Assembly (NCBI GenBank): GCA_963514005.1
Contig: OY740808.1
Span: 2,046,001 to 2,110,000, forward strand
Direction of reading: 5' to 3'
DNA: 64,000 bases
DNA from: Raja brachyura
Taxonomy: Eukaryota
A model generated the notes under the pieces. It ran no database searches, was not told the DNA's origin, and was given only the letters and a program-made list of their open reading frames with translations. This document shows, piece after piece, positions 1-12,115 of the stretch (within the stretch, counting starts at the first letter, position 1; the number at the start of each line of letters is the position of its first letter). The position numbers and the translations under genes are program-made.

Positions 1-154
1 CAGCGGCGACCAGAAAAAGGTACGACTCTTTGGGCGACTACTCATGACCATACAGGCATCACGTGTCAACATGGTGAAAATTTTCGGAGACCTGCTGCGA
101 CTATTACGGGTGCCGGCAAGTCACCGAAAAAATTGCGTAAGTGGGACAGGCCCT
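1..154. mobile_element. Right end of a CpG-rich non-autonomous DNA transposon, probably a PIF/Harbinger MITE (truncated by window edge)
   Basis: CpG-rich sequence ends abruptly in AAGTGGGACAGGCCCT followed by TTA, a TWA-type 3-bp target site as used by Harbinger. The left TIR lies outside the window. Confidence 0.55.
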
Positions 155-1968
155 TTAGAGGAATTGTATAAATTAATCTTGGAAGGGGGCATTGTCACTT
201 GTTGCAGATATTCCTCTTCTACTGGTTGAAAGGAAACCAAAAGACATCATGCTTCATCTCAATGTTGCACATTATTTTACAATGTAAATATCAAATCGGA
301 CATAAAAGTAACTGATATCAGAGCTTTGAATCAGTGCCAATGTGAACTATTCATGACATTTCTTGCATATAATTGTTTAAAATTGTGTCCCTCCAACTGA
401 CCTGGAATTAAATTCAATGACCTTTATTAAACTTAGAAAATGTGGCTACAGGTTACATTTCACCTTGGTGAATATGTGTTTCCCGTCCATTTAGGTGAAT
501 GCAGGCAAACATAACACCTGTGAGGCAATAAAAGATATTAATGCAACTGGAGTGGTAATCCTTAATTCAAAGTGTACATGGCATCACAAGAAATTGAGCT
601 CAAATTGTGACCCCTGCTAGATGAACTGTGGGATTCCACTATCTGAATTGGTGGTTTTTACTTGTACGATCCACGTCTGCAATTCAAAAATGGCTAGTCT
701 GATTAACAATTGCCACTTATTATGGCTGGCATGTGCACAAAATCCATCCCTGCAGATTTCTGTCAATTTAACCCATCTGGCATGTAATTTTCTGACATGC
801 AACCAGCCATGTTGGCTTTCTTTGAAACTCACAGCAACACTGCATATATAGAAGCTGTGCCAATCATAATTTGCATCAAATATTGTCTGTACATGCACAG
901 TTATGCCAAGAAGTTTGGAGCATTTGCAGCCCAGCTTGTAGGATCTGCACAACATGGCTACATATCTATTATTAGTGGCCAGCAGCCTCAGAGGGGTGAT
1001 ATAACCTTGGCTGTTGAAGGTAAAACCAATGTTTATTGATACGAGGTTGCTTCTCTAGAGTTGGCACACTACTCATTCTCACATATCAACCTTAGATGGT
1101 ATCTCATAATTGGCAGAAATCTGTTGTTCTATTGTTTTTGAGGCACACTTATCTGTAAATGTTGTGCAGACTTGTAATTTGCAAGTGTAATAGAGATTTG
1201 AACTCGTCAAAACCTTTGCAATCTAACAATCACGTACTCTTTCACATCAAATTTTGTTTTGACAATGTTCTCTGGAATTTGCTTGTGACATGCCAATCCT
1301 CTTGAACGTCGGGCATAATGATGTAATTAGAGTATTATTTGTGTAATGTGTTATTGGCTTAATTCTTAAAAGCAATTTCCGATTGCATAGCCTACCCAGT
1401 GACAGAACAGCTGGTAACTGAGGAAATACTTACCGGTAATTTTTCTCATTTTTCTGTCATGGGTGTTCGGACTACCTTTAAAGAAAAAAGAAAGGTAGTT
1501 TACCTATAGGTATTCCCTCAATCTGTGAAATTGTGTCAGTGCTTTGACTCCCAAATTTGATCTTATTTTGCACAATTGACACAAAGATGGGAAACAAAGG
1601 CTGTCAAGTGATTTGGTTTCTCCTATTGTTAATAGTGAAACTCCAGGAATGGGAACCTGTAGACATCTAAACTGAGCTCATCAGACCAAGCAAACACCAC
1701 AGATTCGTAACTTATCACTGGACTTGGAATTCCATTTGAAAACAGCAAGGAAGCTGTCCATTGATCTATGTCACGTTGATAAGAATAGCAATTGGAAATT
1801 GCAATTTGGCATTTTGTTATTCTGGCCATATCAAAATCTGACAAATTTCTTTAAATCAATCTCTTAACTCTTTGTTATATCAGAAATGGACTAAATGATT
1901 AGCAATACATTAGGCAGTTTTAAATGTGCCTTTAGATTTGGAACTAATTTGTTTTTTTTCTATTTCAG

Positions 1969-1998
1969 TGTGACAGTGAGAGTGACATTGACGACAAG
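1969..1998 (+). CDS. FBRSL1: 30-nt phase 0-0 coding micro-exon (CDSESDIDDK) of an AUTS2-family gene, best match fibrosin-like 1
   Basis: Branch-point-like CTAAT at 1944-1948, polypyrimidine tract and TTTCAG acceptor ending at 1968, and AAG|GTAAGA donor at 1999. The peptide matches the acidic micro-exon of the family as I recall it (AUTS2 CDSDSDQEEK, 30-nt exon 5; FBRSL1 CDSES..DDK). Paralogue choice rests on 10 residues only. Confidence 0.75.
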
Positions 1999-2314
1999 GT
2001 AAGACTAATTTTTTTGACTAAGTGTTTGGTTCCAATATATAGCAGCTCCCAATGCTGCCTTAATATCTCTCAATCTAAGACAATCTGTGGTTAATGTTTT
2101 TAAAAACCTATAATTTTGATTTTTGGAACAAATTACACATTGCTAATGTATCGTTACGCCAGAATCTATACTAGCTAATGAAAATGGTCCACAGCAGTGC
2201 TAAAGATAACTGAAAAGAGCAGCTAAATCTCATACACCACAAATGTTTTATAGAACAATGAATGCGAGTTGAGTAAGTCAACAGTATTGTTAATTGAAGT
2301 TACGTTTGTCTTGG

Positions 2315-3000
2315 TAGGACAAACAGAGTAAATAACAGGAACCTTAACAGTTTGATGTGCTGGGGAACCTTGGCGTACGCGGAATAATTGCACTGGGCAT
2401 TGAAAAAGCCATTTGTTATGCTTGCCTTCTTAGGGCAAGGCGGTGAATACAAGAGTAGGCACGTCATGTTGCAGTTTTACAAAGCATTGGGTAGACGGCA
2501 ATTGGAGTATTATGTACATTTATGATCACTACACTATAGGAAGTGTGCGGTAATAATAGTCCAGTAGAAATTCACTCGGATGTTGCCTGGAGTTATAGGG
2601 AGAGACTGGATAAACTGGTTTTGTTCTCAGTGGAATATAGGAGGCTGAGGAGCAACCTTCAGAGGTTTATAAAATTATGAGAGACATAGATCATTTCTTT
2701 CCAGCACAGGGGAGTCTACAACTAGAGGGCACAGGTTTAAGGTGAGTGAGGAGAAATTTAAAGGAGATCTGAGAAGTGCGGTTTATGCACAAAGATTGGT
2801 GGTTATCTGGCATGACCTGCTAGAGGATGTCATAGAAGCAGATACAATATGAAAATTTAAAATGCATTTGATTAGGTACTTCAATAGGAAAAGCGTAGAG
2901 GGATGTGAACTTAATGCAGGTAAATGAGATTCGCATCGATAGGCATCACTTTCAGCAGCAATGAGGTGGAGAGGGCAGTTTCTGTGGTGTACAATTCTGT
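2315..3000 (+). mobile_element. Old CR1 LINE 3' fragment (decayed RT C-terminus + 3' UTR)
   Basis: Degenerate versions of CR1 motifs LQFYKALGRRQLEYYVHL, TRGHRFKV and FKMHLIRY, with many stops and frameshifts. Confidence 0.8.
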
Positions 3001-4349
3001 TTCTTTGGTTATATAAGCCCCAATAGAAACGTATTCAGTCACTTCCAGCAACTTGTGAATTTATCTAGAAAATAAGGAACCTTCTTATATGATGTGACGA
3101 CGAAATAAAATTTGTTTCTGAAATATGGTTTTAATTGAGCTAAAATAGTTGAGCAATGTTATTGTGTAATAGTTTTGGGAAGAAGGACATTCCGGTAAGG
3201 TTTTCTGCAATTTTGGAATAATTTACATATTAATTATTTTTACCTTACATTTGTGAAGGCAATAAGAAGCCTTTTGTAATTTATTTAGCATTTTCTTCTG
3301 TTACATATGCAACATGCATGTATAAAGATAATTTCATTTTCTTAAAAATTGTTATTAAAATGCAACAGCTGTAATGTACTCTATTTTGAAGATGCTGTAA
3401 CCTCTAAATGATAAACAGAGACACTCTAAATGTTAAGGTAGAACGGTAACCTTTGGTGCAACATGAGTTACCTAAAAATCAATGTGCAGATGGAATATTA
3501 ATTATCACTGTTTGAAGAATACTTTGATGGTCACACAGCTGGTGGTCACTATGATTGGCATTCCTTATAGTTGCAAGACTGTCCTTTGCTGTGTATTAAT
3601 AACTACATAAGTTTTAGTTGATCGTACTGCTTAATATTTTTTAGACTTGAGAAGCTGATTTCACTTTAGCAAATGCTAAAAGACACTGCAGACATACATC
3701 TCCACATTTAATTTCTTAGCATATTAATTGCTTCCAATTAACAAATGTTCAAATTACTAAGTTTATTTTACCAGATCATGAATGTTTTCTGAATATTTGT
3801 ATTTCTTGGAAGAGGAAATTAAATGTTTGAAGAGGACATTGTCTAGTTCAAAAACTGAAAGCATGGTTGAGTCCAACAAGTTCTGACATTGGTAGCTGTT
3901 TTCCTGGAAAATGCTGCATGTATTTAAATTTAAACTAGTTTTTTAAAGAACATTTTCAGCGTTTCTTAAAAGAATTATGTTTGCTGCGATGTTTGCTGCG
4001 ATGTATTTACAGTAAGGAAAGAAAAAATCCCAAATGTTGTATTGGACAAAGAGTTTAAGAAAGCTCATAACGTATCAGTAACGTGGGTGATTTGGGGGGT
4101 AAAAGATCAGTTAAACCTAATAACAATATATTGAAATACACGCAATATGTACCGTTAAACTGATGACGTGTAGTACAATTTTTTTTTTTTTAAATTTGAT
4201 CTAAAGCCCATTCTGGTGGGGTGATTTCAGATTTGAATTTGGAATCTTCCAGGATTCATGACTTTGAGATCCTCTCACATTCTTATAAATTCTACTAAAT
4301 ATAGACTAATCATGATCTATCCTGCACTGGTGGTCCATTTGCCTTGATA

Positions 4350-4428
4350 GAAACAAAAGGGTGGAGTAACTCAGCGAGTCAGACAGCATCTGAATGGATG
4401 ACGTTTCGGGTCGAGACCCTTCTTTCAA
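4350..4428 (-). mobile_element. Short PLE terminal fragment with degenerate hammerhead core
   Basis: GGAGTAACTCAGCG...GACGTTTCGGGTCGAGACCCTTCTTTCA is shared with the other PLE-end copies in the window. Confidence 0.7.
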
Positions 4429-4697
4429 TACAGCTACCAATGTCACAACCTGTTGGACTCAACCATACTTTCATTTTTTTGAACGAGACAATGCCCTCTT
4501 TAAACATTTTTTTTCCTCTTCAAGAAAAACTTAAAATACAAATATTCAGAAAATAAGGCCCATTTGCCTTATTGGAATTAGTCCAGTTATGACATAATGC
4601 TACTATTCCAACATTTTAATCAAAATAATATTGTGGGATAATTTAGCATATAATGCAATCCTGTACAAAATATATAGAATTTGGTGCTGAGGTAGGA

Positions 4698-5370
4698 TTG
4701 TGTAGGAAGGAACAGCAGATGCTGGTTTATACCGAAGATAGATACAAAATGCTGGAGTAACTCAGCGGGACAGGCAGCATCTCTGGAGAGAAGGAATGGG
4801 TGACTTTTTTGGTCGCGACCATCCTTCAGACTGGGAGGAGGAGATACTGAGATAAGGAAGTGTAAGATGTGAGAACGAGACATCAAAGAGGGTGGAGATC
4901 AAGGTAAATGTAGAATAGATAATTGTTGGCTAGGAAAATGTAACTCAGATTCAGATTCAGATTCAGATTCAATTTTAATTGTCATTGTCAGTGTACAGTA
5001 CAGAGACAACGAAATGCATAACAACAAAGCCATCAGAGATAAAATGTAATCGGGGACAGTCAGACTGGTTAGAGAACTGGGAAGGATGAGGGATGGAGAG
5101 ACAGGGAAAGCAAGGGTTACTTGAAGTTAGAGAAGGCAATATTCATACCGCTGGTGTGTAAGCTGCCCATGCAAAATATAGGTACTGTTCCTCCAATTTG
5201 CACTGGACCTCACTGTGACACTGAAAGAGGCCCAAGACACAGAGATTAGTGTGGGAATGGGAGGGAAGTTAAAGTGTTTAACAAACAGGAGATCAGGTAG
5301 GTTTAGGCGTACTGAGCGGAGATGTTCAGTGAAATGATCGCCGAGACTGCGCTTGGTCTCATCGATTGTG
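4698..5370 (-). mobile_element. Penelope-like element 3' fragment (GIY-YIG endonuclease C-terminal remnant + terminal repeat)
   Basis: ORF 5127-5450 contains IDETKRSLGDHFTEHLRSV..D...KHFN, resembling the PLE GIY-YIG YIGETKRRLGDRFAEH motif. The shared PLE terminus CCAGCATCTGCTGTTCCTTCCTACACA is present on the minus strand. Confidence 0.8.
4946..5018 (-). mobile_element. Rex1/Babar-type 3' tail nested in the PLE fragment
   Basis: On the minus strand, TGACAATTAAAA followed by an (ATCTGA)n tail. Confidence 0.6.
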
Positions 5371-5549
5371 GTTAGGATTGGGCAGGGTGATTGATGGTGA
5401 AAAGGCTGTTCTTGAACCTTTAGGTGATGGTTCTCAAGCTTCTGTACCACCTTCCCGATGGTAGCAACAAGATGAATGTGTGGCCGTACTCAAGATGGAC
5501 CAGGCCATGGTCACCATTTGCTGCAGCCTCCTCCATTCTTGGGCATTAT

Positions 5550-5835
5550 TTTAAACTTTAGAGCTACAGTGCAGAAACAGGCCCTTCGGTCCAACGAGTC
5601 CGTGCCAACCAGCGGTCACCCCATATACTAATGCTATCTTACACAGTAGGGACAATTTACAAAATTACTGAAGCCAATTGACCTACAACTTGTACGTCTT
5701 TGGGATGTGGGAGGAAACCGGAGCACCCAAAAAAACCCATGTGGTCACAGGGAGAACATTCGTACAGAAAGCATCCATAGTCAGGATCGAACTTGGGTTT
5801 CTAGAACTGCAAGGCAGTAACTGTACAACTGCACT
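5550..5835 (-). mobile_element. tRNA-derived V-SINE (HE1-like) with CR1-derived tail
   Basis: V-domain core TGTGGGAGGAAACCGGAGCACCC, B-box-like GGATCGAAC, and CR1-like tail GAAACAGGCCCTTCGG. Confidence 0.85.
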
Positions 5836-7404
5836 ATTCAGGTTATCAAAGCAGGCCATTCAGTACGCTTTTCACCGTACACCTGTAGATGTTCGGTGAC
5901 TGTCCGAATATTCTTGATCTTCTGAGGAAGTAGAATTTTCTTTGTGATGGCATTAATATGCTGGGGCAAATAAATTGAGGCGCATCTATAACAAATAAAT
6001 GAAGGCATATAGGTTTAAATAGCAAACATTTCGTAGGATTTTGATCCTTCAACTCTCAGCCAACCAGCTACTAAACTGATATTTAGTTTAGTTTTATTTC
6101 ATAAGATGGAATTAACAACAGTTTAATTGGAAGGTGAATATGCCAATAAAGTGTTTTACCTCGTATGATTGATATCTAGCAGATTAGATTGGCCTTTGGA
6201 ATACACTGATAAAATTACAAAGCAAACAATGTTGATTGCCGTTTAAACAGTGATATTGGAGACTAGCTATTTAATCATCTTTACAATGTTCAAATTAAAA
6301 TGTTATTTCTCATAATATAGGGAATATAGATGCTGAGTAGAAATCCAGTTATAAACTGCATTTTGAAAGCATTTCAGTAGAGCAATGCACCACTGGAAAG
6401 ATTTAATTGGGTAACTTGACAACATTTATAATTGTATTTGTTAAACAATACTATTTGAAATCGTGTAGAACACTGAGGTCTTTTCACAAAAGATGAATAT
6501 TCAAATCTGTCCAACAGACATTACTGGCTCTTGTGTAGACTATGGTTGATTTCAGCAGCAGCACGATTAGGCCATGTACCACTTGAGCCTGTTGCGCCGT
6601 TGAGTAAAATGATGGTTGGTCCAATCATTTTCTTCATCTCCAAAGCTATGAAATATATTGCAGTTATGTAAGTCTGCATCCTGTAACCTGGCCAAGAAGC
6701 ATCAAACTTCAAGACAGGATCTGTCTTAATGGCACCTGAATAGTTTAAAGCACATAAGGAATTAACTACCATTTTTGAATCATTATTACTCCTGCACTAA
6801 TCTCTGGTTTATATAGCCTTAATGTTAGTGTGGAAATAACATACTAGAAAATTGCATTTTTCACTTACGGTGAATGGTGAGAAACTTGGAAGCGGAATAC
6901 CATAAAATAACATAATGTTTCATTGTGATGCATTCAGTTACGTAATTAAATAATATTAATCCATTACAGAATGTTTGCCAAGCACTGAAAAAGTATAAAA
7001 ACATTCACATACATTTAAATTAGTTGGATATATGCCAATATTTGTTACAGTTTCAACATCTTCAGGAGAAGGGGAAAGAAAATTTGAATACGAAGAGATT
7101 TTTTTGACAAATCGCCTCCAAACTAATAATATTAACAGATGAAAGCTAGATGTTTCCTTGACATTTTTTTGTGAAAGGGCAAGATTTGGGAATTAAACTA
7201 TTAACCGACTGTAAGTTTAATACTAATAATGTGGTAATTTGAGAACTGTCAGTTAGAGGAGCACAGCATCTGCAAATTTGACAGTCCAATGATAAAATTG
7301 CTTGATGCTGTCAAGCCGTCCGGGGGGAAATGACCCAACTATTTAAGCTTCATTTATCGCTGTTTATCCATTTTATGTTAAACATCATTGAAATAAATGA
7401 TCTG

Positions 7405-7550
7405 AGAGCCATTCTGTTCTTTGTGGGAGCTTGCTGTGTACAATTTTTGGCTGCACATTTCTATGCAACTGACAATACAATAAATTGGTTTTAAACGCTT
7501 TTAGAATATCCAGTGATCATGAATGAACGCTGTACTTATTTGTATTTGTA
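7405..7550 (+). mobile_element. Ancient Deu-domain SINE 3' remnant (SacSINE1/AmnSINE1-like)
   Basis: TGTGGGAGCTTGCTGTGTACAATTTTTGGCTGC...ATTGGTTTTAAACGCTTT resembles the DeuSINE 3' region. Confidence 0.55.
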
Positions 7551-8020
7551 CTTATTTTTCCAGTTAATCCTTATAAAATCAATGTAAGGCCTCCCGATGG
7601 CCCACTGGTTGATGCATAATTGCCTTTGTTTGCATCACAAGTAAGCAACCCATCCTCCACATCACTTCCCATCTTATAGTATTTCTGTTTTTGATCTCCT
7701 GATGACTTCTGTTTGCAGTACTTGAGTCACAGTAGCACTGACCACCATTGTTACTCCATTTTAACATGATATATTTGACTAATTTTGTCGTTTCACCCAG
7801 TTCATGGATTAAGCGTATCTTGGATGTTTGGTTTTCTTGATCTCTCATTCAAGATTTTGATGATATGCCACCCATTAACCTTTGCCTGTACCGTTCTTTC
7901 CTGCACTCATTCTCCTTGATTTCGGCCAAACAACCAGATTCTTCTTAAGGAATCAGAATATTCTATATCCAAGTGCATATATGTTGAAATGTGTTTATAA
8001 GTATATCCACAAAGTATTGT

Positions 8021-8199
8021 TTAAGAAAGAACTGCAGATGCTGGAAAAATTGAAGGTAGACAAACATGCTTGAGAAACTCAGCAGGTGAGGCAGCATCTA
8101 TGGAGAGAAGGAATAGGTGACGTTTTGGGTTTAGACCTATTCCTTCTCTCCATAGATGCTGTCTCACCTGCTGAGTTTCTCAAGCATTTTTGTCTACTT
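8021..8199. mobile_element. Fold-back PLE-end mini-element with 15-bp target-site duplication
   Basis: ~65-bp inverted arms (~8053-8118 and ~8135-8200). Direct repeat TCCACAAAGTATTGT at 8006-8020 and 8200-8214. Confidence 0.85.
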
Positions 8200-8713
8200 T
8201 CCACAAAGTATTGTCTATTCACAAAATATTGGACAGTTTCTCCCTTTTTAGTACGTGATGTCTTGCTTGGGTTTTTGCTGTGACATTCATAACTTCAGCA
8301 TTTCTACTCTACGCACCTTTATATGCCACATTAGCCAAAGAGCAACAGGTTTTCAACATCAAAATAGCATTTCTAAATACTAATTATAAATCTAATATTA
8401 AAGTAGGTATATTACATTATGATTGGATATATAATATCCAAATATATATAATGTAATGGGTATAATTTTAACTTATTGAGGTGCCTTGAGTTGCCTTAGG
8501 ATCAATAAGCTTTCATTCAGCAATGCTACTTTTTGAACATTCTCTATTTTGGAATATTTGGCTTTTCATTGGTTTGTGGATTGATATTTTTGATAAATGT
8601 ACCACCCATTATCCCAGGAAAGTTACAGGTGTAGTTCTATTTTTTCTATATTTTATTTTCATTTCATTGTAAAATAATCCATGTAGAATTGGCCAGATAC
8701 TTAAGAAGAAATA

Positions 8714-8985
8714 TGCCTCACAGTGCCACAGACCCAGGTTCAATCCTGACCTCGGGTGCTTTGTGGAGTTTGCACGTTTTCCCTGTGACCATGTGCGTTT
8801 CCTTTAGGTTCTCCGGTTTCCTCCCACATCCAAAGGTATGTAGGTTAATTGGCTTTTGTAAATTGCCCCTAGGGTGTAGGGAGTGGATGAGAAAGTGGGA
8901 ATATATAGAACTCGTGTGAATGGGTGATCGATGGCCAGCATGGACTCGGTGGGCAATAGGGCCTGTTTCCGTGGTGTTTCTCTAA
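8714..8985 (+). mobile_element. tRNA-derived V-SINE (HE1-like)
   Basis: B-box GGTTCAATCC, V-domain TCCGGTTTCCTCCCACA, and CR1-like tail GGGCCTGTTTCCGTG. Confidence 0.85.
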
Positions 8986-10367
8986 CTAATCTTATCCCCA
9001 TGTGACCGGAACTAGGCGATAAAATTAGCCTTATCGTCTCTTGATTCCAAAAAGGAAGCACACAGCATTATAGCAAACTAACAACTTTGGCACTCCAAGT
9101 CTGTTAGGACATTCAGCGTCTTTGGACAAGTCTGAGATTTTCTATGGTCGATAGCCGAAAATTCTGTTTGAGTGCTGGCCACAATGTGCAAGATATAGAC
9201 AATTTGTAAACCTGCAAATTATTAAAAACTTTACAAAATTTTCATTCAATAGACAAGTTTCAGAATTTGAAAAAAAATGTAGATTACACAAATTTAGCAT
9301 TTGGATGTAAACAGCTATAGAATGTAGGAGCAGTTTCAATCATTTTGCATATTCACTGCATGTGGATTATTTTAGGATTTGTGTCTCATCAGTCCTTTCA
9401 GTTATTGTTAAATATTTTTGAAGTTAGTCATTATATTGGATCACAAAGTTTTGATATCAAGTTTTAAAACATGATTAATTTGCCATAATTATCCAGTAAA
9501 ATAGTCTGTAACATTTTTAATTTTAAACAAAAGACCACATTTTATTTTTTGAAAATGCTACAAAATAATTAAATACCTGCTGAGTTCCATAATAAGTGTA
9601 GCATTTATTTTTTATACAGCGATGTATAATTATGCATGAAAAATATCTGCGAAAAACACAAATGCAGTCAGTTCTTCACTGTTTATAAACGGATTCTCTT
9701 GGAAGAGAATATTGCATCTACAAATTAAGAATGATATATAATATGAAATGACCCAAATTGTGCAGTTCAATGAAATTCACAGGAGTTGCCTATTCCAGTA
9801 GGAATAGATTCATATTCCTAAATGAACATCCAAACTCTAGAGCTTCCTTCGGGATATGGAGATTTAAAGCACAGTGACCTAGTTTACTAGAATCATGCAC
9901 TTGCTGATAGAAAAAAATATCAAATGCTGTTTGAAAGATCAAAAACTACTTTTTTTCTTTACAACCAGGAAAACTTAAAAGAATGTCAAATTTGACTGTA
10001 GTTTTGAAGTCAGTGGCAAGGAATCATCTTGCAAACAGTTGGTAGATGTGCTGTCTAAATGTTTGAAATGTAACTTTGATGCATGGGAGGTTACTGACAT
10101 GCTAATCCTTTCTTCCTTACCTACTCACAATTTTAAAAAAAACCTCTGGACCATTGTTTCACAATAACATGGCTACAAATGAGTAGGGAAAGGGGTGAAA
10201 AGTATGGTCCGTAGGGTGGGAGGAGGAGCAGAAAACTGTTGAAGTGCTTTGAAAATTCTTGAAGCATGAAAGGAGTGACAAAGAGAGAATGACAATAGCA
10301 AGAACCAATCTGAGAGAGGCCCACCCATTCTCCCACATCCAGAGAGAGTGGTAAAGAAGGCGAGTGG

Positions 10368-10945
10368 AATGCATCGATCAGGACATTGAGTGTTAGAGCT
10401 AAGAGGTTAAGTTGCAGCTTTATAAAACTTTGGTTAGGCCCCCATTTGGAGTATTATGTGCAGTCCTGGTTCCTCCATTACACAAAGGTGTGCAGGATAT
10501 GGAGAGGGTTCAGACGAGGTTTGCCAGGATGCTGTTTGGATTAAAGCTATTAACCATAAGGAGAGGTTGCACAAAGTTGGATTGTTTTCTCTGGAGCATC
10601 GCAGGCTGTGTGGAGAACAAATAGAAGTATGTAAAATTACAAGAGGCTTAGATGGGATAAACAGTCATAATCTTTGTGCTCAGAGGGGAAATGTCAAAGT
10701 CGAAAAGGCGTAGTTTTGAGGTGAGGGGCGTAGTTTAAAGGAGATTTGCAGGGTAAGGTTTTTTGTACAGACTGGTGGGTTCCTGGAATGTGCTGTCAGT
10801 GGTGGTGATGGAAGCAGATATGTAAATGGCATTTAAGATATTTTTAGATAGGCACATGAATGTTTGTAGATCGTGATCATATGCCGGCAGAAGGGATTAA
10901 TTTAATAAGGCATCATGTTCAGCTTAGACATTGATGGCTCTAGGG
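10368..10945 (+). mobile_element. Old CR1 LINE 3' fragment
   Basis: LQLYKTLVRP, MERVQTRFARML, ERLHKVGLFSLE and IEVCKITRGLD occur in shifting frames. Confidence 0.85.
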
Positions 10946-11119
10946 TGGGTGCTCTTTTATACTTTTACTAAGACAGAAGACTTCAGCCTTTGTGGTACCT
11001 GCCTCCTCAGACAGCAATCCCATCAGTCCTATTATCCCTCCTTGTTTCCCTGCAGCCCTGCAATTTATTCTCTCTCACACATGCTATCATCTCCGCTTTG
11101 ATTCATTTTGCCATTAGTC

Positions 11120-11360
11120 TACATTAAGGGGTAATTTACAAAGGACCGTGAGTGAGAATTTAAAATGTCAACATCGCTTTTAATGCATCTATCAAAATGT
11201 CTTTTGGAATGTTGGGGGAAACCAGAACATCCAGAGGCTATTCGAACAGTGCAGAAAGAATGTGCAAACTCCACACAGATGGCACCCGAGCTCAGGACCA
11301 AACCTATGTCCCTGGAGCGGTGGGCAGCAGCATTAACTGTTGCAGCGCTCTACTGCCCAT
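11120..11360 (-). mobile_element. Degenerate V-SINE
   Basis: GGAATGTTGGGGGAAACCAGAACATCC, TGTGCAAACTCCACACAGA and the tRNA-like head GGCAGCAGCATTAACTG. Confidence 0.75.
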
Positions 11361-11784
11361 AGCTGTTCTAGCTTTCTCTCTTTATTTACATATTGAGCTT
11401 GCATGTGTTACTCTCCATCTGCAGAAGCAGTTCCATACCTGCAGAGTTTTGGAACTTAGTGAGGGCATCCTCTTTCTCTCTAAGCATCTCTTTCAAAAAT
11501 CTGGGATGTAGGTTATTGGATCTGAAATTTATCAATTTTCATTTTCACAAATGTCTTGTAGTATTGTTGTTACTGATGTCCTTCACTTCCTCATTCTCAC
11601 CAGGCTTTTGATACCTGGCAGTTTTTTTTGTATCTCCTTCTGTGAAGACCGACACAAAGGATTTGTTTTCAATAACAAAAGTATTTGTTTTTAATATAGT
11701 GTGTCACATCATGAGAGATCTATTCTAACTTGACATTAATGTATCAACATCTCATATTTTTCTTATATTTTCTTATGTTGTAGG

Positions 11785-12115
11785 AGACTATTCAGCCAAT
11801 TGAGCCTGTGCTGGCTCTCAGAGTCATCTCATTGATCCCATTCCTTCATTTATTTCCCATAAACCTATTCTCTCCCATATATCCATGAACCCCATCCTGT
11901 TTCTCCGGACATGCAGGTGCACTTCAGTAATTTACAGCCAAAGTTCCAACCCAATAGCATGTGTTGTGTCATGGGTGGAGACTGGAACGTCTGCTGAAGA
12001 CTCATCCAGTCACAAGGAACCGTGCAAACTCCACACACACAGAGCAGGTCAGGATTGTACCTGATGACTGGAGCTGTGAGGTGGCATCAGCAATACCCAG
12101 TGCACTACTGTGGTG
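11785..12115 (-). mobile_element. Degenerate V-SINE with CR1-like tail
   Basis: GTGCAAACTCCACACACAC...GGTCAGGATTG...GGAGCTGTGAGGTGGCA. Confidence 0.65.

Noticed and set aside
617-1039. Cluster of three overlapping 76-112 aa ORFs
   Set aside because: No recognisable domain or convincing splice sites. This is expected by chance in 64 kb.
8725-8760. tRNA-like B box (GGTTCAATCC)
   Set aside because: Head of a V-SINE, not a tRNA gene. No cloverleaf.
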